A stretch of DNA of 64,000 bases. Source: a virus. The stretch covers positions 32,001 to 96,000 of the IMG/VR virus record IMGVR_UViG_3300042934_001067. One strand, written 5' to 3'. The notes below the pieces were generated by a model that worked only from the letters and a program-made list of their open reading frames with translations, was not told the DNA's origin and did no database searches. Position numbers and translations under genes: made by a program. This document shows, one piece after another, positions 45,753 to 55,121 of this stretch; within the stretch, counting starts at the first letter, position 1; the number at the start of each line of letters is the position of its first letter.

Positions 45753-46379
45753 TCAGTCGTCGTGGTCGGCCATGGCGTACTCGTCGAAGCGGTCGGCGCC
45801 GAACAGCGTGCGCAGGCCCTCGGCCATCTTCACGTTTTCGCTGTAGGTCTCGCGGGGCATCCAGTTGGCGGGGTCCGTGGCGAAGTCGCTCGCCCAGTCC
45901 TCGAAGTTGTCGGCGTAGTAGGCGGTCGCCGACTGGCGGACCAGCATGCCCACGGTCTCGACCAGCTCCGGCGCGTCGCCCTCCTCGCCGCCGTGCTTGA
46001 CGGTCTGGGTGTAGGTGCGGCCGTCGTAGGCAAGCGTGACGCGGTACTCGCGGTGCACCCAGCCCTCGGCGTCGGCGCCCATGGCGATCAGCTCGGAGGT
46101 AAGGGTGACACCGTCGCGGCGCAGCAGCAGGGACAGGGGGAGGTCGGAAACCTTGCCGCCGATCTGACCGTCGGCCGGGTACTGCTCGCGGGTCCACTCG
46201 TCGCAGGCGGCCTCGAACGCCTCCTGGGTGCGCTCGATGGCGGGTCCCTGGGTCCTGCCGTCGTCGCTGATGTGCCAGACGTTGACGACCGCGCCGGTGT
46301 TGGTGCTGATGTACTCGCCGCCGTCCCAGGTGAAGGTGAGGCCGGTGCGGTACTGCGGGGTGTAGATGAAGGCGGGCAT
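45753..46379 (-). CDS. Hypothetical protein
   Basis: GAGGAG SD. Confidence 0.75.
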   Translation of the reverse strand: MPAFIYTPQYRTGLTFTWDGGEYISTNTGAVVNVWHISDDGRTQGPAIERTQEAFEAACDEWTREQYPADGQIGGKVSDLPLSLLLRRDGVTLTSELIAMGADAEGWVHREYRVTLAYDGRTYTQTVKHGGEEGDAPELVETVGMLVRQSATAYYADNFEDWASDFATDPANWMPRETYSENVKMAEGLRTLFGADRFDEYAMADHDD

Positions 46380-46421
46380 GCTGGTCTCCTCGGTCGTTCT
46401 TCCCTGGCGGGCTCAAGAAGG

Positions 46422-46451
46422 AATCTAATGCATATCGATGTGCATTGTCTA
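46422..46451 (-). promoter_or_regulatory. Promoter with palindromic spacer, copy 7
   Basis: TAGACA-ATGCACATCGATATGCAT-TAGATT. Confidence 0.85.
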
Positions 46452-46514
46452 GCCGGTTCCGGGATCCCTTCCCGGACGGGCGCGCCCCAGCCGTCGGGGC
46501 GCGCCCAGGGTGGC

Positions 46515-47861
46515 CTACTGGGGCCGGTCGTGCTTGCGGAACTTGTAGGCGGAGGTGACGGAAATCCTCTGGCCGCACTCGGGGCAGGTGCCGCGCTTGC
46601 TGTACAGGCGGCGCTCGCCCTCCGTCATGTGCTTGTACGCGTCCGTGCGCGAGCCGGGGCACTCCGTCTCCGGCGCCTGCCGCTCGGTCCATTCCGTGGG
46701 CGCGTCGGGGTAGCACTTCGTGCACATGATTGCCTCGGTGCCCGCCGTGGCGTCCCTGATCACCCGCTGGTACGCCTCGCGCCATTCCATGCCGGAGACC
46801 TCGGGAAGCCAGCGCAGTGGCGTACTGGGGCCGATGCTCGGGCAGTTACGGCCGGTGTGAACGTGCCCGCCGTCGGACAGGCACAGGTGCATACGCGACC
46901 AGCCGCCCCGGCGGCGGAACTCGCCGTCGAGGATGGCGAGGGGGCCGTCCATGACGATGCGCAGTTCCATGCGCAGGGAGTCGAGGAGACGGACGGCCGC
47001 GCGGAGCTGCTTCGTGTAGGCCCCGGGCGCCGTGAGCCCCTCGCGCACACGGGTCATCTTGTCGGGGAGGTAGCCACTGGCCAGGTGCTCGCGGGCGGTG
47101 CGCTCGGCCTTGTCGAACGACGTTGGCCAAACCTGACGATAGCCTCGGCCGTACCGCTCTCTCGTCTTGCGCCAGAGGAGCGCGCGATACACGCCGTCGG
47201 TGGCCTTCTCTGTCTCGGCGGCGAGCCGGGACAGTTCGTCGGCAAGGACGGCGTTGTACCGGTCGACCTCGACCGCCGTGAGGTTCGTGAGCTGCTCGGG
47301 CCGGACAGCAAGCGTTTCGGCGAGGGTGGGCACGACGGCCGGGGCGGGCTGCCCGGGCGGCAGGATGCGGAAGCTGTGACCGTCCTCGGAGGTGAGGATC
47401 TCACCATTGGTCATGGCCTCCATGCTGGCCTTCATGATGTCGTAGTGGCCGCCGAGCCCGTGCCTTCCCAGGATGGACGACGCGAAGTACTCCGCCTGAT
47501 GGCCCGTCGTGGCCTCGTCGACGGTGGCCCCGTGGCCGACGGTGACCCAGTCGAGACCCTGGGGCGGGCGGACCTGAGCACGGTAGTCGGTGGCCGGGGC
47601 CTCGACACCCAGGCGGCTCCTGCGCTCCTCGGGGACGAGGGCCATCAGGGTCGTCTTCTTCGTGCGGCGCTCGTACTCCTCGCCCGTCCTGGTGTTCACC
47701 TCGTAGATCTTGAGGAACTTTGGCGACGCGTTTTCAATCTTCACGATCTGGTAGACGCGGCCGTAGTTGTACATGAGCTGATCGCCGGGCTTCAGGTCCT
47801 TGGCCGGGACGGCCGGGACCCGGCCGACGGCCTGGAGGTGGATCGTCTGGGACTCCTGCAT
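46515..47861 (-). CDS. Mosaic protein with C-terminal Zn-binding domains
   Basis: GGWSR...GGHVH...C...LP.VSG...CTKCYP.AP; CPGS...CPECG...RKH. Confidence 0.75.
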   Translation of the reverse strand: MQESQTIHLQAVGRVPAVPAKDLKPGDQLMYNYGRVYQIVKIENASPKFLKIYEVNTRTGEEYERRTKKTTLMALVPEERRSRLGVEAPATDYRAQVRPPQGLDWVTVGHGATVDEATTGHQAEYFASSILGRHGLGGHYDIMKASMEAMTNGEILTSEDGHSFRILPPGQPAPAVVPTLAETLAVRPEQLTNLTAVEVDRYNAVLADELSRLAAETEKATDGVYRALLWRKTRERYGRGYRQVWPTSFDKAERTAREHLASGYLPDKMTRVREGLTAPGAYTKQLRAAVRLLDSLRMELRIVMDGPLAILDGEFRRRGGWSRMHLCLSDGGHVHTGRNCPSIGPSTPLRWLPEVSGMEWREAYQRVIRDATAGTEAIMCTKCYPDAPTEWTERQAPETECPGSRTDAYKHMTEGERRLYSKRGTCPECGQRISVTSAYKFRKHDRPQ

Positions 47862-47896
47862 GGTCGTTCTCTCCTCCGTGGCGGGATGACGCGATC

Positions 47897-47926
47897 AACC
47901 TAATGCACATGGATATGCATTGTCTA
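47897..47926 (-). promoter_or_regulatory. Promoter with palindromic spacer, copy 8
   Basis: TAGACA-ATGCATATCCATGTGCAT-TAGGTT. Confidence 0.85.
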
Positions 47927-47979
47927 GCCGGTGAGTGAAGGCGACGGCGCCGCCCCGGGGAAGGGACGGCGCCGGGCGG

Positions 47980-48228
47980 TCAACCGTCGCGCCGTCTCCA
48001 GGTGGTGACAGCCTCGGCGGCGGGGCCGGTGTGGTGGTGACGGGTGGTGCGGGCGGCGATGGCGGCCAGAGCGCCCCGGCCGGTCCCCTGCACGAGGGGC
48101 AGCGGGTCGGCGGCCCACACGGCCCCCGTGGCCCGCTCGCGGTGGTATCCGGCGTTCTGGTGCGGCTCCCGGTCGCACACCGTGCCGGGCCGGTCGGGAT
48201 GCTCGGCACCGCAGGTCTCGCCGCTCAC
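47980..48228 (-). CDS. Small Cys/His protein
   Basis: CG......C.R.PH....H......W; GTGA overlap. Confidence 0.6.
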   Translation of the reverse strand: MSGETCGAEHPDRPGTVCDREPHQNAGYHRERATGAVWAADPLPLVQGTGRGALAAIAARTTRHHHTGPAAEAVTTWRRRDG

Positions 48229-48608
48229 ACGATCACCTTCGGCGCGAGGGCCTCGAACGCGCGGAGGGCGGCGAGCGCCTCGGGGTACCGCTCGAACTCC
48301 GGCCCGTACGCCTTGACGACCATCCGGCGTGCCCACTCCAGACGGGCGACGACGTCGCTACCGGCAAGGCTGTCCTCGTCGTACTCCTCGCCCTGCTGGA
48401 TGTAGTCAGCGACCCTGGTGATCAGCTCGACGCCGTGGTAGGTCAGCTCGTCGGCGACGGCCTTGCGGACGGCGCGGACGGACAGCTCCGCCCCCAGCTC
48501 CTCGTTCGAGTGGTACAGCGCCAGCGTCAGCGCGCGCAGGTCCATCCGGTGCTCGACGCGCACGGGGACCATCATGGCTCCGTCTTGCCGACGTCGGTAG
48601 ATGGTCAC
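48225..48608 (-). CDS. Hypothetical protein
   Basis: GAGGAG SD, GTGA overlap. Confidence 0.7.
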   Translation of the reverse strand: MTIYRRRQDGAMMVPVRVEHRMDLRALTLALYHSNEELGAELSVRAVRKAVADELTYHGVELITRVADYIQQGEEYDEDSLAGSDVVARLEWARRMVVKAYGPEFERYPEALAALRAFEALAPKVIV

Positions 48609-49165
48609 CGGGCACTCTCCTCGGGAGTCGGCGCGGGCCGGTCGACCTGCTCGAACGGGTCGTCGGGGAACGGGTGCAGCGGCTGCTGTACGGGGTCAAA
48701 GCCGTGCCTTGAAGCGTGGTCTGCACGCATGACGAATACGCTCGTGGTCGAGTCCTCTCCCGGGTGCCCAAAGACGTAGTCATAGCAGGTGGAGCCCTTG
48801 CCGTGGTGGCGCTCGCGCAGGGGGGCGCAGGCGTACGAGGAGGCCCACTCGACGGCGGCGGCCCGGGTCGGCTCGACGCGCATCACGCCGTCATCCATGT
48901 CGCACACCAGCCACGGCACCCTGCCACCAGGGGCGCAGTACAGTTCACGGACCGTGCGGAGGTCCCCGTATTCCCGCGCCTTTTGCACACCGGTGGTGTC
49001 CTTGACGACCCAGAACGACGGCCGCGCGGCGCTGCCCCTCTGGAGGGTCGGCGAGTACGCCGGGGTGACCTCGTACCGGCCGTCGGTGGTGATGTAGCCG
49101 TATCCGTCGCGGGCACGCTTCAGTGTGCGGGGCTTGATCGGCTCGGGCAGCTTGCGCGTGCTCAT
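48605..49165 (-). CDS. Hypothetical protein
   Basis: AGGAG SD, ATGA overlap. Confidence 0.7.
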   Translation of the reverse strand: MSTRKLPEPIKPRTLKRARDGYGYITTDGRYEVTPAYSPTLQRGSAARPSFWVVKDTTGVQKAREYGDLRTVRELYCAPGGRVPWLVCDMDDGVMRVEPTRAAAVEWASSYACAPLRERHHGKGSTCYDYVFGHPGEDSTTSVFVMRADHASRHGFDPVQQPLHPFPDDPFEQVDRPAPTPEESAR

Positions 49166-50259
49166 GCGTGGCTCCTGGCGAGGTCCGCGACGGACGCGGT
49201 GGCGTGGTCGACGGCGGGACGGTGAAGGAGAAGGTACCGGTTGTCGAAACCGGTCTGCGTGCGCACGGGGCGGCCGTCGACCGTGGTGGAGTGGACGTGC
49301 ATGCTGGTGCGCTGGGGGTCGAGGGCGCCCGGCTGCTGATGCCAGATCTCGTCCACGGTGGCGACGTTGCTGTACGGGGTGCCCCAGGCGGCGATGACCG
49401 TGTCGCCGACGAGGAGTTCGGCGGCCGACCGCAGTTCGGCGGCGCGGGGCTCGGTGGCGTAGAGCAGGCCCTGACGGCCGGAGTCCTCGACCTCGATGCG
49501 GTCGCCCGCGCGGCTGGCCCACGTGAGATGGCGGCCGGTGTGCGCGGACGCGGTGAGGACGGTCAGGCGCAGAGTGCGGCCGTCGGCGTGCCGGGTGACA
49601 GAGTCGACCTGGAGCCGTCCGCCGCCGGGCATGAGGATGACGTCCCTCCCGGCGAGCCGGTCGGCGGTGCGGGCGGGGACCGGGCGGCCGTCGGCGTACA
49701 GGTGCGGCATGTGTCCAGCGGGCAGGTAGACGTGCCAGCCGACGGAGCTGGCGTACGTCGTCGGCCTGACGATGGTCTCGATGCTGCGCGTGCTGAAGGT
49801 GCGGACCTCGGTGTGGCCGCTGGCGGTCGTCACGGCCTGCTGCCAGCTGTCGCCGGTGAACGTGTAGGCGCTGGCGCCGACGCCGAGCCGGTCGGCCGTG
49901 TAGGGCTGGCGGATGACGCGGTCGCCGACGGCCGGGGTCTCGGGGATCACGCAGCGCGGGATGACCGGCACCTGGTGCAGGGCGGCCCTGTCGGCGCGGA
50001 CGGCGTAGACGTAGACCGGCCGACCGGCATGGAACGGGAGACTCAGGGCGTGGCCGCCGTGGAGGTGGCGCACCGGCACGGTCATCAGCTCGGCGCCGTG
50101 CTCACGCCGGGGCGTCGGCAGGCCGGTGACAATGTGGCGGTCCCAGGAGCCGGAGGCCAGGACGTGGCCGGGCACCAGGTCTTCGACGAGCGGCGATTCC
50201 GTTTCCGCGTTCACGGAATGCAGCGCGTCCATGAGCTGGGAGAAATTCACGGGGTCCAT
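49162..50259 (-). CDS. Protein with repeated small beta-barrel units
   Basis: EDLVPGHVL / DRLAGRDVI / ELLVGDTVI; AGGAG SD. Confidence 0.7.
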   Translation of the reverse strand: MDPVNFSQLMDALHSVNAETESPLVEDLVPGHVLASGSWDRHIVTGLPTPRREHGAELMTVPVRHLHGGHALSLPFHAGRPVYVYAVRADRAALHQVPVIPRCVIPETPAVGDRVIRQPYTADRLGVGASAYTFTGDSWQQAVTTASGHTEVRTFSTRSIETIVRPTTYASSVGWHVYLPAGHMPHLYADGRPVPARTADRLAGRDVILMPGGGRLQVDSVTRHADGRTLRLTVLTASAHTGRHLTWASRAGDRIEVEDSGRQGLLYATEPRAAELRSAAELLVGDTVIAAWGTPYSNVATVDEIWHQQPGALDPQRTSMHVHSTTVDGRPVRTQTGFDNRYLLLHRPAVDHATASVADLARSHA

Positions 50260-50388
50260 AAACGGGACTCCTGACGGTGAGGATGTGGCGGGATCCTTAC
50301 GCGGCGGGCTGCTCACGCTACGCATCTCCGATTGGCGGCCGGAGGACGAGATGAAAACAACTCGCTGACAAGAGCGACTTTTCCATAC

Positions 50389-50408
50389 GGGTTGCGTTAG
50401 CGCAACCC
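50389..50408. promoter_or_regulatory. Palindromic site at the divergence point of left and right transcription
   Basis: GGGTTGCG-TTAG-CGCAACCC. Confidence 0.5.
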
Positions 50409-50456
50409 CTGTGCGAGAGTCTTCCCTGTCACCACCACCCGCCGAGGAGACACACC

Positions 50457-51503
50457 ATGGGAAACTCTGGCCGAGGCCAGCGTCAGCCGTACCGAGTACT
50501 CGCGACCAGGCCGCCCAAGGGCAGCCAGCCGGAGCGGGTCTTCTCCTCCTCTTCGACGAGCCTGGCGAACATCGACCACGAGGCCCGGGAGTACGCCCGC
50601 AACGGCGCCACCTGCGAGATTCTCTACGTCCGCGACGACGGCACGTTCCACCGCCTGTTCGTCTACACGCCGGACAACGTCGCCGCCTTCGACGAGGACG
50701 CGGAGCGCGCCTCGGTCTACAAGCCGGAAGACATCATCCGCTGGTACCGCAAGCACCACGGCGCCCCCGAGCTGCTGGAGGGCATCACCGCCCGCAACCT
50801 CCGCACGAAGAAGCGCCCCGCGCCGACGGGCACGCCGACGGACAACGTGGTCCCCATCCAGTACCCGCAGGACGACGACGGCGGCGACGACGCGCCCCCG
50901 CTGGACGACTTCCGCCGACCGCCCTCCATCCAGGAGACGACGATGTCCGAGCAGGACCAGGCGCAGCCGACGCCGACCGCCAGCCCCGGGACGATCGAGC
51001 TGCACTTCGACGTCACGGGCTTCCCCGTCGTCGAGGCCAAGGACTTCAAGCCCGTGATCGCTGAAGTCATGGAGGTCAGCCTGTACCGCCGCAAGGACGG
51101 CACCCGCTACGTGGGGCGGATCCAGTTGCGGGGGCGGGCAGCGAAGAAGGACCACACCCCCGCCAACTCGCTCGGCAACCTCTGGTTCAACCCGGGCTCG
51201 CGGTACGCGGACGACAACACCCCGCGCTGGCTCCTCGACTTCGCCACCGAGCAGTGCGCCCCTTACCTCGCCCCGGCGGCGGAGGAACCGCCGACGGAGG
51301 CCCCGGCCGCCGTGGCGAAGCGACCGGCCACCCTCGCGGACATCAGGCGCGCTCTGAGCTACCTGCTCACCGGCCAGGAGGACTCCAGCGAGGGCCCGTT
51401 CGCCGTCCATGCGGCCGACGGCTTCCACGACGAGCCGTACGTGATCCTCCCCGCCAGGTCGATGGGCAAGATCCTCAACGAGATCGCCAAGGAGCGGTGG
51501 TGA
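50457..51503 (+). CDS. Hypothetical mosaic protein
   Basis: CCCGCCGAGGAG leader. Confidence 0.75.
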   Translation: MGNSGRGQRQPYRVLATRPPKGSQPERVFSSSSTSLANIDHEAREYARNGATCEILYVRDDGTFHRLFVYTPDNVAAFDEDAERASVYKPEDIIRWYRKHHGAPELLEGITARNLRTKKRPAPTGTPTDNVVPIQYPQDDDGGDDAPPLDDFRRPPSIQETTMSEQDQAQPTPTASPGTIELHFDVTGFPVVEAKDFKPVIAEVMEVSLYRRKDGTRYVGRIQLRGRAAKKDHTPANSLGNLWFNPGSRYADDNTPRWLLDFATEQCAPYLAPAAEEPPTEAPAAVAKRPATLADIRRALSYLLTGQEDSSEGPFAVHAADGFHDEPYVILPARSMGKILNEIAKERW

Positions 51504-52135
51504 CGATGTCCGGCTACCGACCCCAGAACCGGGGTAACAAGAAGGAACTCCGCCTCGGCCCCGGCGTGACCCGACGGCTGAAGGCGGCTGGGGTCAACAT
51601 CTCCCCGAATGCCGCGAAGCACACCCGGTATGGCACCTTCGTCTCCGCCCGGGGCGAGTACATCTCGGTCTACGTCGACCTTGGCGCCACTGACACGGTC
51701 AGGGAGGTCGCCCAGGACATTGCTCGCATCGTGACGTCCTGGGGCCTCAGCCCCGAGGTCAGCGAGAAAACGCACGAGGACGGCATCCTGACGGCGCACG
51801 TGCGCTTCCGCCACCCCGCCCCGCCCCCGCCCGCCGAGCGCCGCAGGACGGCCCCGGCCGAGCCGGACCCGGAGTGGACCCGGCTCCAGGCCGACGCCGT
51901 TCAGGCCAACCTCATGATCGCGGGCTACTGGCGCAGCGAGGGCGTGACCGTGGAGCAGACGGCCCCCACGACCGTGACCGTCCTCGTGGCCGACGACGCC
52001 GCCGACGAGGTCCTGACGGGCGTCATCGAGGCGCTGCGCCGCAAGAAGTACACGGTCGCCGCCGACGGCCGCACGGTGACCGTCCGCAAGCCCAAGAAGG
52101 CCAAGAAGCCCCGCCCGCCCCAGATCGGATGGTAG
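51500..52135 (+). CDS. Hypothetical protein
   Basis: AAGGAG SD, GTGA overlap. Confidence 0.7.
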   Translation: MTMSGYRPQNRGNKKELRLGPGVTRRLKAAGVNISPNAAKHTRYGTFVSARGEYISVYVDLGATDTVREVAQDIARIVTSWGLSPEVSEKTHEDGILTAHVRFRHPAPPPPAERRRTAPAEPDPEWTRLQADAVQANLMIAGYWRSEGVTVEQTAPTTVTVLVADDAADEVLTGVIEALRRKKYTVAADGRTVTVRKPKKAKKPRPPQIGW

Positions 52136-52137
52136 CC

Positions 52138-52596
52138 ATGCCGAAGACGACCATGACCAACAGTTGGCCGTGTCCGGGCTGCCGCGATCGCGTCACCCTC
52201 ACCCGCACCCAGCGGCTGCGCGCCCATGACGACCCCCGCACCGGCCAGCCGTGCCCTGGCAAGGGTCTCTGCATTGCCGAGCCTGAGTACCCGCAGCTCA
52301 TCAAGCTCTGGGGCTGGGAGACCGGCCAGGAGCTGATGAAGCAGCAGTCGCCGGGCTGGGTGACGCCGATGGAGTCCGGTCCGCACCCGCTCGGCGCCCT
52401 GCAGCAGATCGCCATGAAGGCGTACCCCAACGCGGAGAGCTTCGGATACGGCGCCGGTAAGGGCATCACGTTCCGCGTCAGCCGCTGGTGGTACTTCGCC
52501 GCGTCGGACGGCCACGTCGGCGAGAAGTACCCGTTCCGCCCGGATGCCGCCGATGCTCTCCACGAGTACGTGAAGACCAAGGAGGCGACGTCGTGA
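52138..52596 (+). CDS. Hypothetical Zn-ribbon protein
   Basis: CPGC...LRAH......CPG. Confidence 0.65.
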   Translation: MPKTTMTNSWPCPGCRDRVTLTRTQRLRAHDDPRTGQPCPGKGLCIAEPEYPQLIKLWGWETGQELMKQQSPGWVTPMESGPHPLGALQQIAMKAYPNAESFGYGAGKGITFRVSRWWYFAASDGHVGEKYPFRPDAADALHEYVKTKEATS

Positions 52597-52976
52597 GCAA
52601 GTTCACCGACGACGCCCGGAAGGCGCTGGGTGTCAGCAACGAGATCCACATCGCCCAGCGGTACGACTGCGTCACCGTCGGCTACACAACGGCCCACGCT
52701 CACGCCATCTCCTACAGCGACCGGCACGCCACGACGTACCGCTACGTGGACGGCAAGCGGCGACAGAAGGAGTTCCGCGCGCGCTCGGCGCCGACGGCTG
52801 TTGAGGAGCGCCGCCAGTGCGTCGAGCAGGCCAAGGTGTGGGCCAGCGAGCAGTTCGAGATCGCCGAGTGGGTGCCGACCGGTTTCCCGAACTCGTGGAT
52901 GCCCAAGGACGCCAAGGACCGCATGACGGCCGACCTGAAGGCATGGCGCAAGGCTCAGAAGGAGACGACGTCGTGA
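52593..52976 (+). CDS. Hypothetical protein
   Basis: AAGGAGG SD, GTGA overlap. Confidence 0.7.
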   Translation: MSKFTDDARKALGVSNEIHIAQRYDCVTVGYTTAHAHAISYSDRHATTYRYVDGKRRQKEFRARSAPTAVEERRQCVEQAKVWASEQFEIAEWVPTGFPNSWMPKDAKDRMTADLKAWRKAQKETTS

Positions 52977-53461
52977 CGGAGACGTGGACGGTCTACCTGG
53001 AGGCCGGTGCCGAGGTCACCGACGACGAGGTGAAGCGCATCGGTGACCTGCTGGAGGAGGAGGCGCCCGGGGCCGTAATGGCCCCGGCGCCGGTCCTCGG
53101 CTGCCGGTTCGTCCTCGACGACGAGCCGCTGCCGTCGCGGGCCCTGGTGGCCGCGCAGAGCCTGTTCGTAACGGCGGTCCGCAAGGCACTGCGGACCCGG
53201 CGGGTGGCCGAGGAGTGGGACGACGTCACGATCACCCGGGCCGAGCTGGCCTTGGGCGCCGACCCGGGCTGGGTGCCCCGGGGACTGATCACGCACCGGG
53301 GGCTGGCCGCCCGGTGCGGGTTCAGCGAGACGTACGTCCGGCGCCTGATGCACTACAAGGGGGCTCCGGAGCCGGTCGCCGTCGAGGGCGGCGACCGGGC
53401 GGCCATCTACGACACGGAGTCGGCGGTGCGGCACCTGGAGCGGATCAGAGCGAAGGCGTAG
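52973..53461 (+). CDS. Protein with C-terminal AlpA/excisionase-like HTH
   Basis: L.....LA.R.G.S..YV..L.....P.PV......IY...V. Confidence 0.65.
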   Translation: MTETWTVYLEAGAEVTDDEVKRIGDLLEEEAPGAVMAPAPVLGCRFVLDDEPLPSRALVAAQSLFVTAVRKALRTRRVAEEWDDVTITRAELALGADPGWVPRGLITHRGLAARCGFSETYVRRLMHYKGAPEPVAVEGGDRAAIYDTESAVRHLERIRAKA

Positions 53462-54008
53462 CCGACGCGGCCCAGGAGGCCACGCGGGGGCGGCAGTAGT
53501 CTCCCTGCGTGGCCTCCTGGCCGTCCAGGGGCCAGCTGCACCAGATGACCTTGCCGTTGAAGAACGGGCCGTGGTCGACCCCGGCGGCCGTGGCCATGTG
53601 GGCGACCAGGAGCAGGCCCCGGCCGCGTTCGCTGTCCTCGGGCAGGTTCATGAGCATCTCGGGGGCTCTGAACCGGTCGGGGAGTTCGGGGATGTGGTCG
53701 CGGTCGCGGTCGTGGACGCCGATCCGCAGCCAGCGGCACCGGGCGCCGACGATGGCGCTGGTGACGTGGAAACGAGGACGCTCGCGGACGTCGCATGCGT
53801 GCCGGACGACGTTGGTCGACAGCTCCGATAAGCACAACAGGGCGGCCTCGGTGATTTCCTCGTCGAGGCCGCCCTGTTTCGCCCGGTGGCTGAAGTCGTC
53901 CCTGACGACGGCGATACTGTGCTCATCGGTGTCGTAGACGTGGCGGTAGACCAGGCTGCGGAGCGATCCCAGTGGCGGTCTGGGCGCCTGGTGGTGCGGG
54001 GAGTGCAT
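53445..54008 (-). CDS. ATP-binding (HATPase_c-like, anti-sigma/AbaA-like) protein
   Basis: LSEL.TNVVRHA, V.D, E.GRGLLLV, GKVIWC. Confidence 0.85.
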   Translation of the reverse strand: MHSPHHQAPRPPLGSLRSLVYRHVYDTDEHSIAVVRDDFSHRAKQGGLDEEITEAALLCLSELSTNVVRHACDVRERPRFHVTSAIVGARCRWLRIGVHDRDRDHIPELPDRFRAPEMLMNLPEDSERGRGLLLVAHMATAAGVDHGPFFNGKVIWCSWPLDGQEATQGDYCRPRVASWAASATPSL

Positions 54009-54229
54009 GACGGTAACTCCCAGGCAGGAGTGGCGGATGAGTCCGGCTCACACCGTTGCGGTACCCAGCGTAAGCAGGTTGGTACCTACCGTTCCGGAAG
54101 ATCTCGCAACTTGCAAGTCCTCATGATGAGAATGTGCACGAACGTGTGGCTGGCCTGATCACCCTTCCGGGGTGCAGACTGACTCCAGCCCAGGACACCA
54201 ACACCCGGGCCGACAAGGGGAGGAGAGAC

Positions 54230-55096
54230 GTGGCGTACAGTGCGCGGCCGACGATCCGCACCCGGATCCTGGGCAAGATGCTCAAGACCGCTCGTGAAGG
54301 AGCGGGACTGACTGCTGCCGAGGTGGAGGAGAAGCTAGGCATCTCCAAGCCGACTCTCTATCGCTACGAGTCTGGCCACACCACCCCGAAGAAGGTGCTG
54401 ATCTGGCCTCTCTGCGATCTCTACGGGATCGACAAGGAGGAGCGGATCCGACGTCTGGAGGAATGGGCCGAGCGTGCGAAGAACCGCACTCCGCTCGGCG
54501 AGGCCAGCAACGTCGGCCCCACCTACACCGACTACGCGGACGCGGAGAGCCTGTCGACTGCTCTGCGTACGTGGGAGCCGTACGTGATTCCAGGGCTGCT
54601 CCAGACCACGAGGACGTCCGAGGAGGCCATCAGCCGGGGCCTGCTTGCGCAGCCTGGTCAGCCCCTCGTCGGCTCCGACGTGGTTGCGGGGCATCTGGCT
54701 TTGCGCGAGACCCGCAAGAAGCTCTTGGAGGCCGAGGTGCGCCCGCAGGTGTGGGCCATCATCGGAGAGGCGGCCATCATGACGCCGCCCGCCAAAGGCG
54801 ACACCGACGCTCACCGTGAGCAGATTCAGCACCTGCTCAACGTGGGTGAGACGAAGGCCAGCATCCAGATCCTCCCCTTCAGCTCCGGTATGCACGCCGG
54901 GCTGTCGGGTTCCTTCACCATCCTGACCGTCGTAGACGTTGAGATGGCGCACCGAGAGGGCTACGGCGACGGCATTTTCGTGGAAGATGAAGAGCAAGTC
55001 GCCATCTACCGCGCCCGCTACGAACGGCTTCAGAGCGAAGCTCTGACCGTGCCGGAGTCGCGCCGGTACCTGCATGACTTCCTCGGCCGCCTGTGA
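54230..55096 (+). CDS. WhiJ-like XRE HTH regulator with DUF5753 domain
   Basis: LG..L...RE.AGLT...YE.G...P; IPGLLQT; WAIIGEAA; IQILPFS.G.H. Confidence 0.9.
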   Translation: MAYSARPTIRTRILGKMLKTAREGAGLTAAEVEEKLGISKPTLYRYESGHTTPKKVLIWPLCDLYGIDKEERIRRLEEWAERAKNRTPLGEASNVGPTYTDYADAESLSTALRTWEPYVIPGLLQTTRTSEEAISRGLLAQPGQPLVGSDVVAGHLALRETRKKLLEAEVRPQVWAIIGEAAIMTPPAKGDTDAHREQIQHLLNVGETKASIQILPFSSGMHAGLSGSFTILTVVDVEMAHREGYGDGIFVEDEEQVAIYRARYERLQSEALTVPESRRYLHDFLGRL

Positions 55097-55121
55097 GCCG
55101 AGGAGAACCGAAAGGAACACC

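Noticed and set aside
26499-47920. 18-bp palindrome as CRISPR repeat or recombinase crossover site
   Set aside because: Copies are kilobases apart with no spacer array or cas genes; the fixed fit between -35 and -10 favours an operator. A recombination role is not fully excluded.
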